64,000 nt of DNA from Reclinomonas americana ATCC 50394 (lineage: Eukaryota): assembly GCA_048213135.1 (NCBI GenBank), contig PS015010.1:868001-932000 (forward strand). Reading direction: 5' to 3'. The notes below the pieces were generated by a model. It was given only the letters and a program-made list of their open reading frames with translations. It made no database searches and was not told where the DNA came from. Positions 51,964 to 61,706 of the stretch are shown here, one piece after another. A program made the position numbers and the translations under genes. Position 1 is the first letter of the stretch. Each line of letters begins with the position of its first letter.

Positions 51964-52078
51964 GCCGCTGCCTGGTCTCCCGACCAGCAGCATACGTGGG
52001 TATTTGCCGCTGCTTGGTCTCCCGACCAGCAGCATATGCGGGTATTTCGCCGCTGCCTGGTCTCCCGACCAGCAGCAT
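51964..52078. repeat. Three tandem REP copies (42-43 bp period)
   Basis: GCCGCTGCYTGGTCTCCCGACCAGCAGCAT at 51964, 52006, 52049. Confidence 0.92.
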
Positions 52079-52265
52079 ATGTTAGGAAATCCGGCACCGC
52101 GTTCCGTGGGAACGCCTGGTGGGTTATATCCGCCAGGAATGCAAAACCCCAATTGCAGCTGTACAATAGGTGTCACTGAAATATCAGCGATGGTTGAGGC
52201 CGGTATGGCGCTACTGAGCTTTTGTTCTTAACTTCATCGTTATTAATTGTAGTAGTTTAAACTAT

Positions 52266-52514
52266 ATGATGTTTCTTTTCAAAGTAGACGAACGGTTTAT
52301 GATCACAGGGCTGGGACTGATTTTAGTACCTGGTCTTGGAGACAAAAAGGCGAAGACAGGAGACCCAATAAAAATAATCAGGCCCGATCAAACAATTGTT
52401 GAAACAACTATCAGGGGAATTGGCTTGAATGAATTTCGTGATATTCTTGTTGGCAAAAACCTGACAAAAGATGATGTCCCAATAGGCTCAGAAATTTGGT
52501 TAAATAAGCAATAA
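52266..52514 (+). CDS. Small hypothetical protein, EF-Tu domain II-like beta-barrel
   Basis: FKVDERFMITGLGLILVPG...GDPIKI..PD...TTIRGI...KDDVPIGSEIW. Confidence 0.6.
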   Translation: MMFLFKVDERFMITGLGLILVPGLGDKKAKTGDPIKIIRPDQTIVETTIRGIGLNEFRDILVGKNLTKDDVPIGSEIWLNKQ

Positions 52515-52870
52515 TGAAAGTTGATATTGAAAAATATAAAATTGGCTCAAAAATACTCTCAGGAACAGACCTCAAATTTGTATTCCAAAATCTTTATGAA
52601 ACGACAGATATAAAAATCCTGGAGTTAAAAGGGGTTGTTGGTTTCATAGACAACATTCATGCAGGAAAGGAAATTAAAACCTTACTACTTAACGCTGAAG
52701 GTGGTTCATATAATCTCGACCTTTCTCTCAGGCTACAGCAACCAGAGATTAACAAATTTCCTGAAGTTTTCATTTTTTTAGATACTGAATGTGTGGATTT
52801 TTGCTTTAGGGCAGTCGCAAAATATATTGATTTTAGAGATTGGACTGAAAATGACAAATGGCTTCCATAG
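52514..52870 (+). CDS. Hypothetical protein
   Basis: 118 aa, TAATG-coupled to the upstream ORF, AT-rich. Confidence 0.6.
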   Translation: MKVDIEKYKIGSKILSGTDLKFVFQNLYETTDIKILELKGVVGFIDNIHAGKEIKTLLLNAEGGSYNLDLSLRLQQPEINKFPEVFIFLDTECVDFCFRAVAKYIDFRDWTENDKWLP

Positions 52871-53029
52871 CAAAACCGCCGCAATCGCCTTTTTGAACAA
52901 AAGCACATAGGAAGGAAGCTTCATGAGGATAAAGTCATCACGAACGATAGCTTTCCTTCGGAGCACCTCAGACTTTTTAATTATTGGTAAACCAATTCCA
53001 TGGAAGATTAGCTTTCCTCACAGATTAAC

Positions 53030-53467
53030 TCACTTCCCTAAATACCCAACCAAATTATATACGAACAACCAAATAAAGATCCCCGAAAAGGATATAAACA
53101 TCGTATTCATCAGTACTTCACCAATCTTGAATATTGCTTTTTTCGGTATTTGGTACATCGGGTAATAAGAGAACTGTGTAATCACTTTGCCAGTCCAGTA
53201 AGCCGCAATAAGACCGGTAAGGGCAACCGCCAGCCCGGTTTGATTCTTTAATTCATTCGTGAACAGGATTGAGATAAGACCAAAAGAAAAATTAAGCCCC
53301 TGTATATACCGCCCGTAGGTTTTGGCGATCTCCTGGTTAAGGGGTTTTAGTTTTTTGATGTCGTTATACCAGTCAAAAACCACGTGCCGTATATAAGGAT
53401 AAATAATTGCCGTAAACATCTGGCCAATGGCGCCCAGGATGATGAGCCAGTTGGGAACTGATTTCAT
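53030..53467 (-). CDS. 4-TM hypothetical membrane protein
   Basis: 145 aa with four hydrophobic helices. Confidence 0.7.
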   Translation of the reverse strand: MKSVPNWLIILGAIGQMFTAIIYPYIRHVVFDWYNDIKKLKPLNQEIAKTYGRYIQGLNFSFGLISILFTNELKNQTGLAVALTGLIAAYWTGKVITQFSYYPMYQIPKKAIFKIGEVLMNTMFISFSGIFIWLFVYNLVGYLGK

Positions 53468-53521
53468 AAATGGAATGCTGCTTTATTATTAATTTCTTTA
53501 TCTGTTCTAATGACGTTACTG

Positions 53522-53854
53522 CTAAGGACTGTGTTGCGCACAATAACCATTGGCAATACGTGTCATATGTTTACAGCGTGTGCCGGCTTTGGTAATACCT
53601 TTGCACTGTACGGTTGCCGGTGCTTGCCCCTGCGGTTTACCCGTGGCAGGTACCACATAAATATCTGCCGGCTTACATATTTTGCACGGCTCAAGTCCCA
53701 GGTCACGGGCCTGGTCGGGGGTGATGGCCTGGGAAACATTTTCCACCATCCTGCAACCCGCCAGGTGGTACTTCTTACCCGACGGAGTTTTATATACCGT
53801 TTGGGCTTTCGTTCCCAGCGACAGCAACAGCAAAAAAAGGATTTTATATAACAT
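53522..53854 (-). CDS. Exported Cys-rich protein (Ada-like Zn motif plus DUF5763-like C-terminus)
   Basis: VYKTPSGKKYH..GC, PCKICKP, QCKGITKAGTRCK...YCAQH. Confidence 0.7.
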   Translation of the reverse strand: MLYKILFLLLLSLGTKAQTVYKTPSGKKYHLAGCRMVENVSQAITPDQARDLGLEPCKICKPADIYVVPATGKPQGQAPATVQCKGITKAGTRCKHMTRIANGYCAQHSP

Positions 53855-53913
53855 GATAGTATAAGGGTTGGGCTCCTGTAACAAAATACGTCTTTTCCGG
53901 TAAACCAGGTCTC

Positions 53914-54411
53914 ATGATAAAATACAGGCGAAAAGACGTATTTCTTATTTTTGGACATTCTATAATACTAAACCACTTCAAATTGCAGGAAATTAAGATA
54001 TATCACAAAAAAACGGCCTTGTACATGGCAGCCTTTTTCTTTGCGGCTGTAACAGGTGGCGCTGTTTATTATTTTATTCATTTCAATCAATCAACGTGGT
54101 ATGCCATTAGTGCGTGCCTGGGAACGGCAATGGCAGCCTGGCTGGCATACAGGGTATACCTGCAATACAGGATGCATAAGGAAAGAATACCTGCAATAAC
54201 TATTTCTCCTTTGTCAATTGAAATAACTGATGGTAAAAAAATAACCACCGTATTGTGGGCTGAAGTTTCCGGTTGGAAAATCGAAAAAGATGAAGGAAGC
54301 GATTACCTGTTTATCGATTCGCCCGCAGGCAGGAAGAGAACCAGTATCAATTACCTCGATAAAACACCCTGGGAGATTGAACAATTGATACTTGCTGTTA
54401 AACCCCACTAG
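53914..54411 (+). CDS. Two-TM hypothetical protein
   Basis: Two TM helices then a beta-rich domain; start may be TTG 53983. Confidence 0.6.
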   Translation: MIKYRRKDVFLIFGHSIILNHFKLQEIKIYHKKTALYMAAFFFAAVTGGAVYYFIHFNQSTWYAISACLGTAMAAWLAYRVYLQYRMHKERIPAITISPLSIEITDGKKITTVLWAEVSGWKIEKDEGSDYLFIDSPAGRKRTSINYLDKTPWEIEQLILAVKPH

Positions 54412-54486
54412 GTAGAGCCTGCTGGCTTCTGTGGAGCAGGTATTATACCCCGGTCTATAACATATNNNNNNNNNNNNNNNNNNNNT

Positions 54487-54600
54487 GAGGACCGTAAAGC
54501 CCGCGCCATGGCAAAGGCTATGAAGGAAAAAGGCTACAAAATCACCGAAATCGTCGAACTCACAGGGCTCAGCAAACACGTCATCAGCCGGTTGAAGTAA
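54487..54600 (+). CDS. Second Rpn-like HTH tail fragment (5' part lies in the gap)
   Basis: EDRKARAMAKAMKEKGYKITEIVELTGLSKHVISRLK*. Confidence 0.65.
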   Translation, partial: EDRKARAMAKAMKEKGYKITEIVELTGLSKHVISRLK

Positions 54601-54661
54601 TAGGGTAGTTAGTAGTGATTAGCAAGTGTTTAGTATAAATGCCCACCGGCGGGGAGGAGTT

Positions 54662-54909
54662 GCCGCTGCCTGGTCTCCCGACCAGCAGCATATGTGGTTT
54701 TTTTCATGTACCCAACTGTTGCACTGCTATTGAGCTGCAGTGGCGTCGCACTCTTGTACAGTATCACTTTATTGAGCGTAACAGGAAGCAATTTGTAATG
54801 CCTGGAAGAGTTCTCTTCGAGTAAAAGAAAGTATTTGCCGCTGCTTGGTCTCCCGACCAGCAGCATACGTGGGTATCTCGCCGCTGCTTGGTCTCCCGAC
54901 CAGCAGCAT
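54662..54909. repeat. REP composite unit plus two tandem REPs
   Basis: REPs at 54662, 54837, 54880; intervening sequence matches 46379-46727. Confidence 0.9.
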
Positions 54910-54968
54910 ATATTCCACCCCGGCCAATCACTTGTAACAAACAATTCCACCGGGTTGTATCCGGGTTG

Positions 54969-55220
54969 CGCAAGTTCCCACCCAACTTTTAATTTTTCAC
55001 CCCTCTGTTCCAAGAGTTCGATACATAATTTTAGCTTTTGACTACTGCATTACAAGAACTCGATATACATTTTTAGTTTCTAACGCCTGTATTGCTATAG
55101 TTTGCTACTTGCTTTTAACTTCTTCTTCCTGTGTTACGAGAGCTCGCTATGTAGTTTTAATTTTTCATCCATGCATTTTATAAGTTCACTATGTATTTTT
55201 AACTTCTCACAACTTTGTTT
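54969..55220. repeat. Degenerate 42-bp tandem array (~6 units)
   Basis: Units at 54969, 55011, 55053, 55095, 55137, 55179 share AGYTC..TTTTARYTT. Confidence 0.7.
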
Positions 55221-55344
55221 TAGTTTTTAGGTATTTACTTCCCAAACTCAGATATTTTATTTGAACTTTTTCCTTTTTTGTTTACGATACAGAGGCAGTA
55301 ATTTTAGTTTTTAAGACAATCAATTATTGTAAACCGTACCCTTT

Positions 55345-55692
55345 ATGTTAGTATTGAATATTGGCCCTGTGCTCAGCGCCCGTGGAATAGAGCGGCCCTT
55401 TAGTTTCCTGGTAAAGTCGGGTTTCTCTGCTCATACAGCGCACCTCTTACTGAATAACCAGCGCCACACCTTCCGCCTCAATCATATCGAACGGCTTTGT
55501 AAAATACTCATCTGCGAACCGCACGACCTCCTGCAATGGACTCCCGACACCGGCGAAAACCTGCCCGCCACGCATCCGTTGTATAAACTCAACCGCCGCC
55601 AGCCCGTCCATAACTGGAAGCAGGCCATGGCCGGCATGCCCTTGCAAGAGTTACAGCAGGTAGTGGAAAGTATAGCAGGTAAAGCGGAATGA
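55345..55692 (+). CDS. Cro/C1-type HTH transcriptional regulator
   Basis: RGIERP..FL...GFS...RLNHIERLCKILICEPHDLL. Confidence 0.8.
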   Translation: MLVLNIGPVLSARGIERPFSFLVKSGFSAHTAHLLLNNQRHTFRLNHIERLCKILICEPHDLLQWTPDTGENLPATHPLYKLNRRQPVHNWKQAMAGMPLQELQQVVESIAGKAE

Positions 55693-56116
55693 TTACATAT
55701 TTTAAATATTCTTTTTTTTCATAAGTATTTAATTCTGTTCCTAACTCTTCTTATCACAACATGAATAAGTCTTATCAGCAGGCGTACAATAGCGTTACCA
55801 AAGCTGAAACTACAGTAGTACAAAAGCTAAATCAGGGAACAAACCGAAAAACGGGCTGTAATTGTTTTTCGGGGTCTTTTTTTGGTTCTTTTTTGGACAA
55901 GCAAAAAAGAATATAGAAAACAAATACCATGGAAAACCAGGTCATCACAAATGACAACTCTTTTCCGGAGCGCCGCGGACCTCACCTTGCAGGAGTTATA
56001 ACTTGTGGTGGAAAGTAAAGCCGAATGAGTCCTCCCTTACGCCATACAGGTAAAATCCCCCTTGTAAACCTCCCCCGGGGCAGTTATCTTTATCTGCACA
56101 ACGTACTACCATCCAT

Positions 56117-56692
56117 ATGTCACCCCGGTTAAAAGCCCTGGCCCGCCAGCATGCCCAAACACTTTCTGTTTCCGCCACAAGGAGTGTTTCTCCTCCTGCT
56201 GGTCAGCCCGTATACCTCAATTTTATTATGGAACCACAGCGTAAATCGAAGTGGTGCTGGGCAGCTACGTCGGTCAGCGTATCCCGCTTTTATCATCCTG
56301 CCAGTTCCTGGACGCAATGCGCCGTAGCACACAAAGCCTTTGGTGGCTATGGCATTTGCTGTGTGCCGCTGGCCGGCTTTGTTTGCAACCGCTATTATTT
56401 TCTTGATAAGGCCTTATCTATCACCGGTAATTTTGTTATTCAATCGGGTATCCTGCCCTTTCCTGCCGTGGAAGCGGCCTTACGCGGGGGCAGGGTCATT
56501 GGTGCCAGGGTACAGTGGCAGGGGGGCGGTGGCCATTTTATGGCCATACATGGCTGCTACGACCAGGGAACAATGCAGGTGCTCGATATAGACGATCCCA
56601 TTTATGGCAAATCAAGTGTTGCGGAAACCGTATTTTTGAACAGCTACCAGGGGCGGGGAAGCTGGTCGCACAGTTATCACACAAAACCCTGA
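56117..56692 (+). CDS. Papain-like (C39/C70-like) cysteine protease
   Basis: Q...WCWAA, GGHFMAIHG, IDDP catalytic pattern. Confidence 0.82.
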   Translation: MSPRLKALARQHAQTLSVSATRSVSPPAGQPVYLNFIMEPQRKSKWCWAATSVSVSRFYHPASSWTQCAVAHKAFGGYGICCVPLAGFVCNRYYFLDKALSITGNFVIQSGILPFPAVEAALRGGRVIGARVQWQGGGGHFMAIHGCYDQGTMQVLDIDDPIYGKSSVAETVFLNSYQGRGSWSHSYHTKP

Positions 56693-56694
56693 TC

Positions 56695-57300
56695 ATGCTT
56701 TTATTCTCAGGTATAACCGGGTTCGACCTTGAACAGATCAACGAAATCAGGAAGGCTCATCCTGATATAAGGGAAAGGTCCATCGGTGGCCAGGAGGATA
56801 ATATTGAACTCACTTTTCCACACGACCTTTATTATATAGGCCTGTCATCGCTCCAGGGCAATGAAGAACCCGACATGCAATACAGCGGTACCCGCATCAT
56901 TGAAGTGGGTAACAACAGCTTTAATTTTATCTACGACATCCATAAGGGATTTGTACTGGGAGGACCGCAAATGTTTAAGGACAAAAAAGTTATCGAAGCA
57001 TACGAAAAAGCTTTTGAGACCATCAGCGCCGATCATACCGATAAAAACGATGTAGCCGTACGCATCGTCAATGTACCTGCTGTTTATGTAGAAGCCCTCT
57101 GGTTGCACGACGAAGCCAACACAGCCGCAGACAGGTTCCTGCTGGTGAGGTCGGTATCCCTGGTTAACAGGTTCAAATTCTATGACCGGAAAGAATTTTT
57201 CGAATTCCTGCGGCGCAGGGCAAGGCAAATGAGCGACAACTCCGGCGAACAACGAAACGAAAATGACGAAGAGAACGGCCTGGAACTGGCACCTGCATAA
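56695..57300 (+). CDS. Hypothetical partner of the protease
   Basis: ATG 2 nt after the protease stop; VRIVNVPAVYVEALWLH motif. Confidence 0.65.
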   Translation: MLLFSGITGFDLEQINEIRKAHPDIRERSIGGQEDNIELTFPHDLYYIGLSSLQGNEEPDMQYSGTRIIEVGNNSFNFIYDIHKGFVLGGPQMFKDKKVIEAYEKAFETISADHTDKNDVAVRIVNVPAVYVEALWLHDEANTAADRFLLVRSVSLVNRFKFYDRKEFFEFLRRRARQMSDNSGEQRNENDEENGLELAPA

Positions 57301-57367
57301 GCACCTGCCGCCTGCTCATACGCATCGTCTTCACCGGAAAAACTTATTTTGCGGTAAATAAGATTCG

Positions 57368-58954
57368 ATGCAAGTAAAGCGGGGCGGTATTCTCACGATA
57401 GTTTTCCTCTTTTTAATATTGACGGCGGCGAAGTCGCAGCATTATTTCCAGCAGGAGGTACATTACCGTATCCGGGCAACACTCAACACCTCCGAAAAAA
57501 CCATTTCCGCTTTCGAATCCATCATTTATAAAAATAATTCCGCCACCCCTCTCCGTTTTATCTGGTTCCATACCTGGCCCAATGCCTACAGCAGCAAAAA
57601 AACGGCGTTGATGAAACAAATCAGGAAGGATGAGGCCCGCACCAACTGGGAACTGGGATATGGTAAAGGGTTTATCGACAGCCTCAACTTTAAAGTGAAC
57701 GGGCAGCCTGTCCGAATGGTCAATCATCCTGAACATGCAGATATCGTCAGGATAGAACTGGCGCAGCCATTAGCGCCGGGAGATTCCATCACCATTGAAA
57801 CGCCTTTCAAAGTAAAGCTGCCGCCTTATTTTTCCCGGATGGGTTATTACGGCAGCGAGTTCCTTGTAACACAATGGTATCCCAAACCCGCCGTATTTGA
57901 TAAGAATGGCTGGAACGAAATGCCCAATCTCGACAGGGGAGAATACTACAGCGAGTACGGTACTTACGACGTCAGCATTACATTGCCTTCAGATTATGTA
58001 GTGGCCGCCTCAGGCGTATTGCAAACCGCCCCCGAACTGGAAGCCTACAGGAAAGCGGGAACAAAAAACAGGACAGATAAAGAAGCGGAACTTACGCCTT
58101 ATCATACACCGTTCACCAGTGCGTACAAAACATTGGTATATCATGCTGAGCAGGTGCCTGATTTTGCCTGGTTTGCCGATACCAGGTTCTTTTTGCAGTA
58201 CGACACCATGGCGCTGACTTCAGGGCGTGTAATTGATGTGTTCTCTTATTCGTATGCATTCTATAATGGAGGCTGGAAGCACAGCATCGATTATATAAAG
58301 AACGCGGTGAACAGTTACGGAGACTGGGTGGGTGAATACAGCTACCCGGTGGTACAGGCGGTGGAAGGCCCCGCGAATATCAGCAGTGGCGGAATGGAAT
58401 ATCCCATGCTGTCGCTTATAACCATGCTGGGGGCCGATGATGTGGAACTGGAATGTATCATCCTGCACGAAGTAGGGCATAACTGGTTCATGAGTATGCT
58501 GGGGAGTAACGAAAGAAGATATGCCTGGATGGATGAAGGGCTGAACTCTTATTACGAATACCGTTATGAAGCGGAAAAATACAGGGGTAATTATTACCTG
58601 GGCGATGATGTTCCGCAGGGATACGGTAATCGTCCTGTTGCACAATTCCTCACAGAAATGTACCGGAAGATCAGCAGATCCGAACCTATGAATTACGCCA
58701 TGGACACACCTTCCGATGCATTCCCCGACGGCCGTGAATATACCGTAGCTTCTTACCTCAAACCCGCCATCTGGATGTTCATGCTGGAAACTTCCGTAGG
58801 ACGGCAAAGGCTCGACAAGGCCATGCAGCATTATTTCCAAAAATGGAAATTCAAACACCCGCAGCCGGAAGATCTGAAAGCGGCGCTGGAAGAAAGCCTG
58901 GGCGGAAAACTTGATCAATTCTTCGCACTCACCAAAAAGAAAGGAAAACTGTAA
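57368..58954 (+). CDS. M1 family zinc metallopeptidase
   Basis: Signal peptide, QWYPK, GGMEYP, HEVGHNW...WMDEG. Confidence 0.92.
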   Translation: MQVKRGGILTIVFLFLILTAAKSQHYFQQEVHYRIRATLNTSEKTISAFESIIYKNNSATPLRFIWFHTWPNAYSSKKTALMKQIRKDEARTNWELGYGKGFIDSLNFKVNGQPVRMVNHPEHADIVRIELAQPLAPGDSITIETPFKVKLPPYFSRMGYYGSEFLVTQWYPKPAVFDKNGWNEMPNLDRGEYYSEYGTYDVSITLPSDYVVAASGVLQTAPELEAYRKAGTKNRTDKEAELTPYHTPFTSAYKTLVYHAEQVPDFAWFADTRFFLQYDTMALTSGRVIDVFSYSYAFYNGGWKHSIDYIKNAVNSYGDWVGEYSYPVVQAVEGPANISSGGMEYPMLSLITMLGADDVELECIILHEVGHNWFMSMLGSNERRYAWMDEGLNSYYEYRYEAEKYRGNYYLGDDVPQGYGNRPVAQFLTEMYRKISRSEPMNYAMDTPSDAFPDGREYTVASYLKPAIWMFMLETSVGRQRLDKAMQHYFQKWKFKHPQPEDLKAALEESLGGKLDQFFALTKKKGKL

Positions 58955-58968
58955 CCACTGTTTCTTCT

Positions 58969-59889
58969 CTACAACTCCGGCACATCTATCCAACCAATCC
59001 TGTTCCTGGTAGTTGCAGACGGCTTACCGCAAAAGATGATCTTCTTCCCGCAGGGAAAAAACTTTCCGTGCTGCGCCTGTACAGCGGGGCTGGTCAGTTG
59101 GGTAACTTTTCCTGTTTCGGTATTAAAAAGAAAAAGAGCAAAACTGTCGGCCAGCCGGGTTGATTCAAAAACAATCAATTTCCCGTCCGGCGACCAGGCC
59201 GGGGCCCGTCCCTGGAAGGCGCTGTCATAAGTATTGACCGGGGCTCCGCTTTCCATTGGCACAGATGTATAACTGCCGTTCCCGCCCGGCCGGTTAAGAA
59301 AAATGTAGTTGTACTCCTGCTGGTAACCACTTTTACCGGGATACCATTTGTCCGTGTCAGGCTGACCGGCAAAGGCAATGCTATCCGCTTTTACAGGACT
59401 GGCAGCGGGCATACCACCGTAAAGCTGCTGCTGCATATTGTCTGTACCATTGATATTGGCATTCAGCATATTCCCGTTAAGATCTATTACCGATGAACAG
59501 GGATTGGGGCTGGCCGACTGCAGGTTGTTGTTCATCACCGTCAGCGACTTCCCATCCTTATTCCACTGCGCATAACTGAAGCCACCTGTGTGGGGTATTG
59601 GTTGGGGGTTGCTGCCATCGCCGTTTACCTGCCACAACCGGTTATTGTTGAACACAACGGTATTACCTGCCCAGTACCAGTCGGCACGGGTTTGCTGTTC
59701 CTCCATACCGGGTACAAAAGGCCGCACATCGGTACTGCCGATGCTGGTAACATAAAGCTGTGTGAAATGGGGTTTTGCAGCGAAGGTTCTCTCAAAGATG
59801 ACGGTTGTTCCATCCGGACCCATGGCCGGGCGATAATCAAAAAAATTTACTCCATCGGTGATCCAGTTAACGGGCTGGCAATGACTCAT
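58969..59889 (-). CDS. TolB/PD40-like beta-propeller protein
   Basis: RPAMGPDG, APAWSPDGKLIVFES, FFPCGKKIIF. Confidence 0.8.
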   Translation of the reverse strand: MSHCQPVNWITDGVNFFDYRPAMGPDGTTVIFERTFAAKPHFTQLYVTSIGSTDVRPFVPGMEEQQTRADWYWAGNTVVFNNNRLWQVNGDGSNPQPIPHTGGFSYAQWNKDGKSLTVMNNNLQSASPNPCSSVIDLNGNMLNANINGTDNMQQQLYGGMPAASPVKADSIAFAGQPDTDKWYPGKSGYQQEYNYIFLNRPGGNGSYTSVPMESGAPVNTYDSAFQGRAPAWSPDGKLIVFESTRLADSFALFLFNTETGKVTQLTSPAVQAQHGKFFPCGKKIIFCGKPSATTRNRIGWIDVPEL

Positions 59890-60143
59890 GCTGATAGATA
59901 AGGTTTGGGTCAGTAAGAAATTTCAGCAATGTAAACCGCCAGCCTTCAACGGATAAGGGTGTAATCCACGTTTCGGCAGCAGGTAATAGTACGTAGAGCA
60001 GGCCAATACCTGTCAACCGAAGCTATACCCGCTTTGTTGTATTGTTTCCGCCCGTGCACCATTTTATCTTTATTCTTACCAGTCCGTTTGATGACCGGTT
60101 CCGCACCCTGCCTTTATTTCCTAACCAAAACCCAATTGCTGTT

Positions 60144-61706
60144 ATGATCGAATACCAGAAAAATGGCAAGCCTGCCGTTTTGAACTACAATGTACCCGAG
60201 CCAACTGCCTACCGGGGAAGGAACCTGATCAGGATGGATTATCCCGAATCTTATTTTAAGACCATCAAAGGGCAGCCGGTAAATGTGCCTAAAACACAGG
60301 ACGTGGATAAGTACAAATCGGTTGATGAACTGATTGATAACGGACTGGTGGCGATACCGCCGAAAGCCGTAAAAAAAAGTTCAGTATTTGCACCGGTTGC
60401 AAAAACAGCCAAGACCCCTGCGGCCACTGCGCCGGTTACATTGTCTGCCAAAGCCGTACCCATGACGGTAGTAAAAGACCAGTTGAAACTAGGCGCTATA
60501 CCTACACTGACCAATACCGTGAATGGCAGTCCCAAACTGGTTTTTGCCAGCAACCCCGTTAATGTGAAACCTGGTATCTTTCTGGTGGAGACCTACAAAT
60601 TATCCAACTTCCTGGGCGATTACGGGGCAGGAAAGGTGATCAATACGTTCAGCCTGCTGCCCGGCGAAAAAACGAAGATCTCTATTAAATCCTACCGGAG
60701 CAGTACGGTTAAAACGACAGAGGCCAGCAGCATCTTCGATTCTTATACTTCGGAAACGGAAGATGTTTTTGAAGATGCGGTACAAAGTGAGAACACCGAT
60801 AAGCAAATGGAAGAAGACACATTCAATTATCACGTAGAGGCTGAAGCTGAGGCCAGCTGGGGCTGGGGCAGTGCCAGCGTAAGCGGGGGCGTATCAGGCT
60901 CTACGAACTCCAGCAGGGAAACTTTTGCCAAAAACATGAGTTCATCTACGAATAAGCATGCCAACAAAGCTTCGGCCCAAAGAGATATACAGGTTAATTC
61001 TACATCAGAATCAACAACTACGGAAGGTGAGGAAAGCGTTATCGAACGGCAGATCGAGAACATTAACATAAGCCGCACACTCAATTTTATCTTCCGGCAA
61101 ATGAACCAGGAGTTCATATCCATACTTCACCTGGTGGATGTGAAGGTGGGTTTCTATAACGGGTACGAAGACACGAAAATGGAAGTACCGCTGTACGACC
61201 TGGACACGCTGCTGAACTACTGCATCGCCAAACCGGAATATATTGTAAAGATCAAAAAAGATATCCTGTTCGCCTTAAGCAATATCATCGATTACAAGGG
61301 ACAGGTGCATGCCGACTTCATTACCAAACGGAGCTTTAATGAAGACGGGGGGACTAAATCAGAGTTTTATGCGGTTAACCGTAAAAAACAAAGCGTTTAC
61401 GATGCCAATAACCTGCCTGTAGAAGGTATCATTCTCAATGCCGATAAAAATGTGCTTCGCACCGATGGCGTTATCGTGGAAGCCCTGCTGGGTATGTCTG
61501 AGGCCCTGGGCGATATTTCACGTACCGAAAAAGAAGAGTACATCAAACTGAAAGTGAAGGCCAACGAAGCGGCTACGCTGGAAAATACACTTTTCGGTCT
61601 TTATATCGATGCATTGAAGAACAACAATACCGCATTATGCGCTGAAATCATTAAGTATTACCAGGTAATCCACCAGGACAATGCAGCAACAACACCAGGC
61701 AACTAG
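60144..61706 (+). CDS. Hypothetical protein with Ser/Thr-rich core, possible beta-pore-forming fold
   Basis: YGAGKVINTFSLLPGEKTKI; VEAEAEASWGWGSASVSGGVSG alternating hairpin; start approximate. Confidence 0.6.
   Translation: MIEYQKNGKPAVLNYNVPEPTAYRGRNLIRMDYPESYFKTIKGQPVNVPKTQDVDKYKSVDELIDNGLVAIPPKAVKKSSVFAPVAKTAKTPAATAPVTLSAKAVPMTVVKDQLKLGAIPTLTNTVNGSPKLVFASNPVNVKPGIFLVETYKLSNFLGDYGAGKVINTFSLLPGEKTKISIKSYRSSTVKTTEASSIFDSYTSETEDVFEDAVQSENTDKQMEEDTFNYHVEAEAEASWGWGSASVSGGVSGSTNSSRETFAKNMSSSTNKHANKASAQRDIQVNSTSESTTTEGEESVIERQIENINISRTLNFIFRQMNQEFISILHLVDVKVGFYNGYEDTKMEVPLYDLDTLLNYCIAKPEYIVKIKKDILFALSNIIDYKGQVHADFITKRSFNEDGGTKSEFYAVNRKKQSVYDANNLPVEGIILNADKNVLRTDGVIVEALLGMSEALGDISRTEKEEYIKLKVKANEAATLENTLFGLYIDALKNNNTALCAEIIKYYQVIHQDNAATTPGN

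Noticed and set aside
51964-52078. Possible mini-CRISPR
   Set aside because: The ~12-nt linkers are similar to each other and the unit is a dispersed REP.
50673-52231. ORF-track entries spanning N-gaps and REP translations (CCWSGDQAAA repeats)
   Set aside because: They are open only because of Ns or are translations of repeats. The 37 codons at 50673 may be a cassette remnant but cannot be called.
52239-52900. Two small AT-rich ORFs as an intact cassette
   Set aside because: No matching GTT/AAC core pair; at most a decayed remnant.
55886-55911. Perfect 10-bp hairpin TTCTTTTTTG-GACAAG-CAAAAAAGAA
   Set aside because: Single AT-rich copy in the window; cannot distinguish a MITE end from a terminator or chance.
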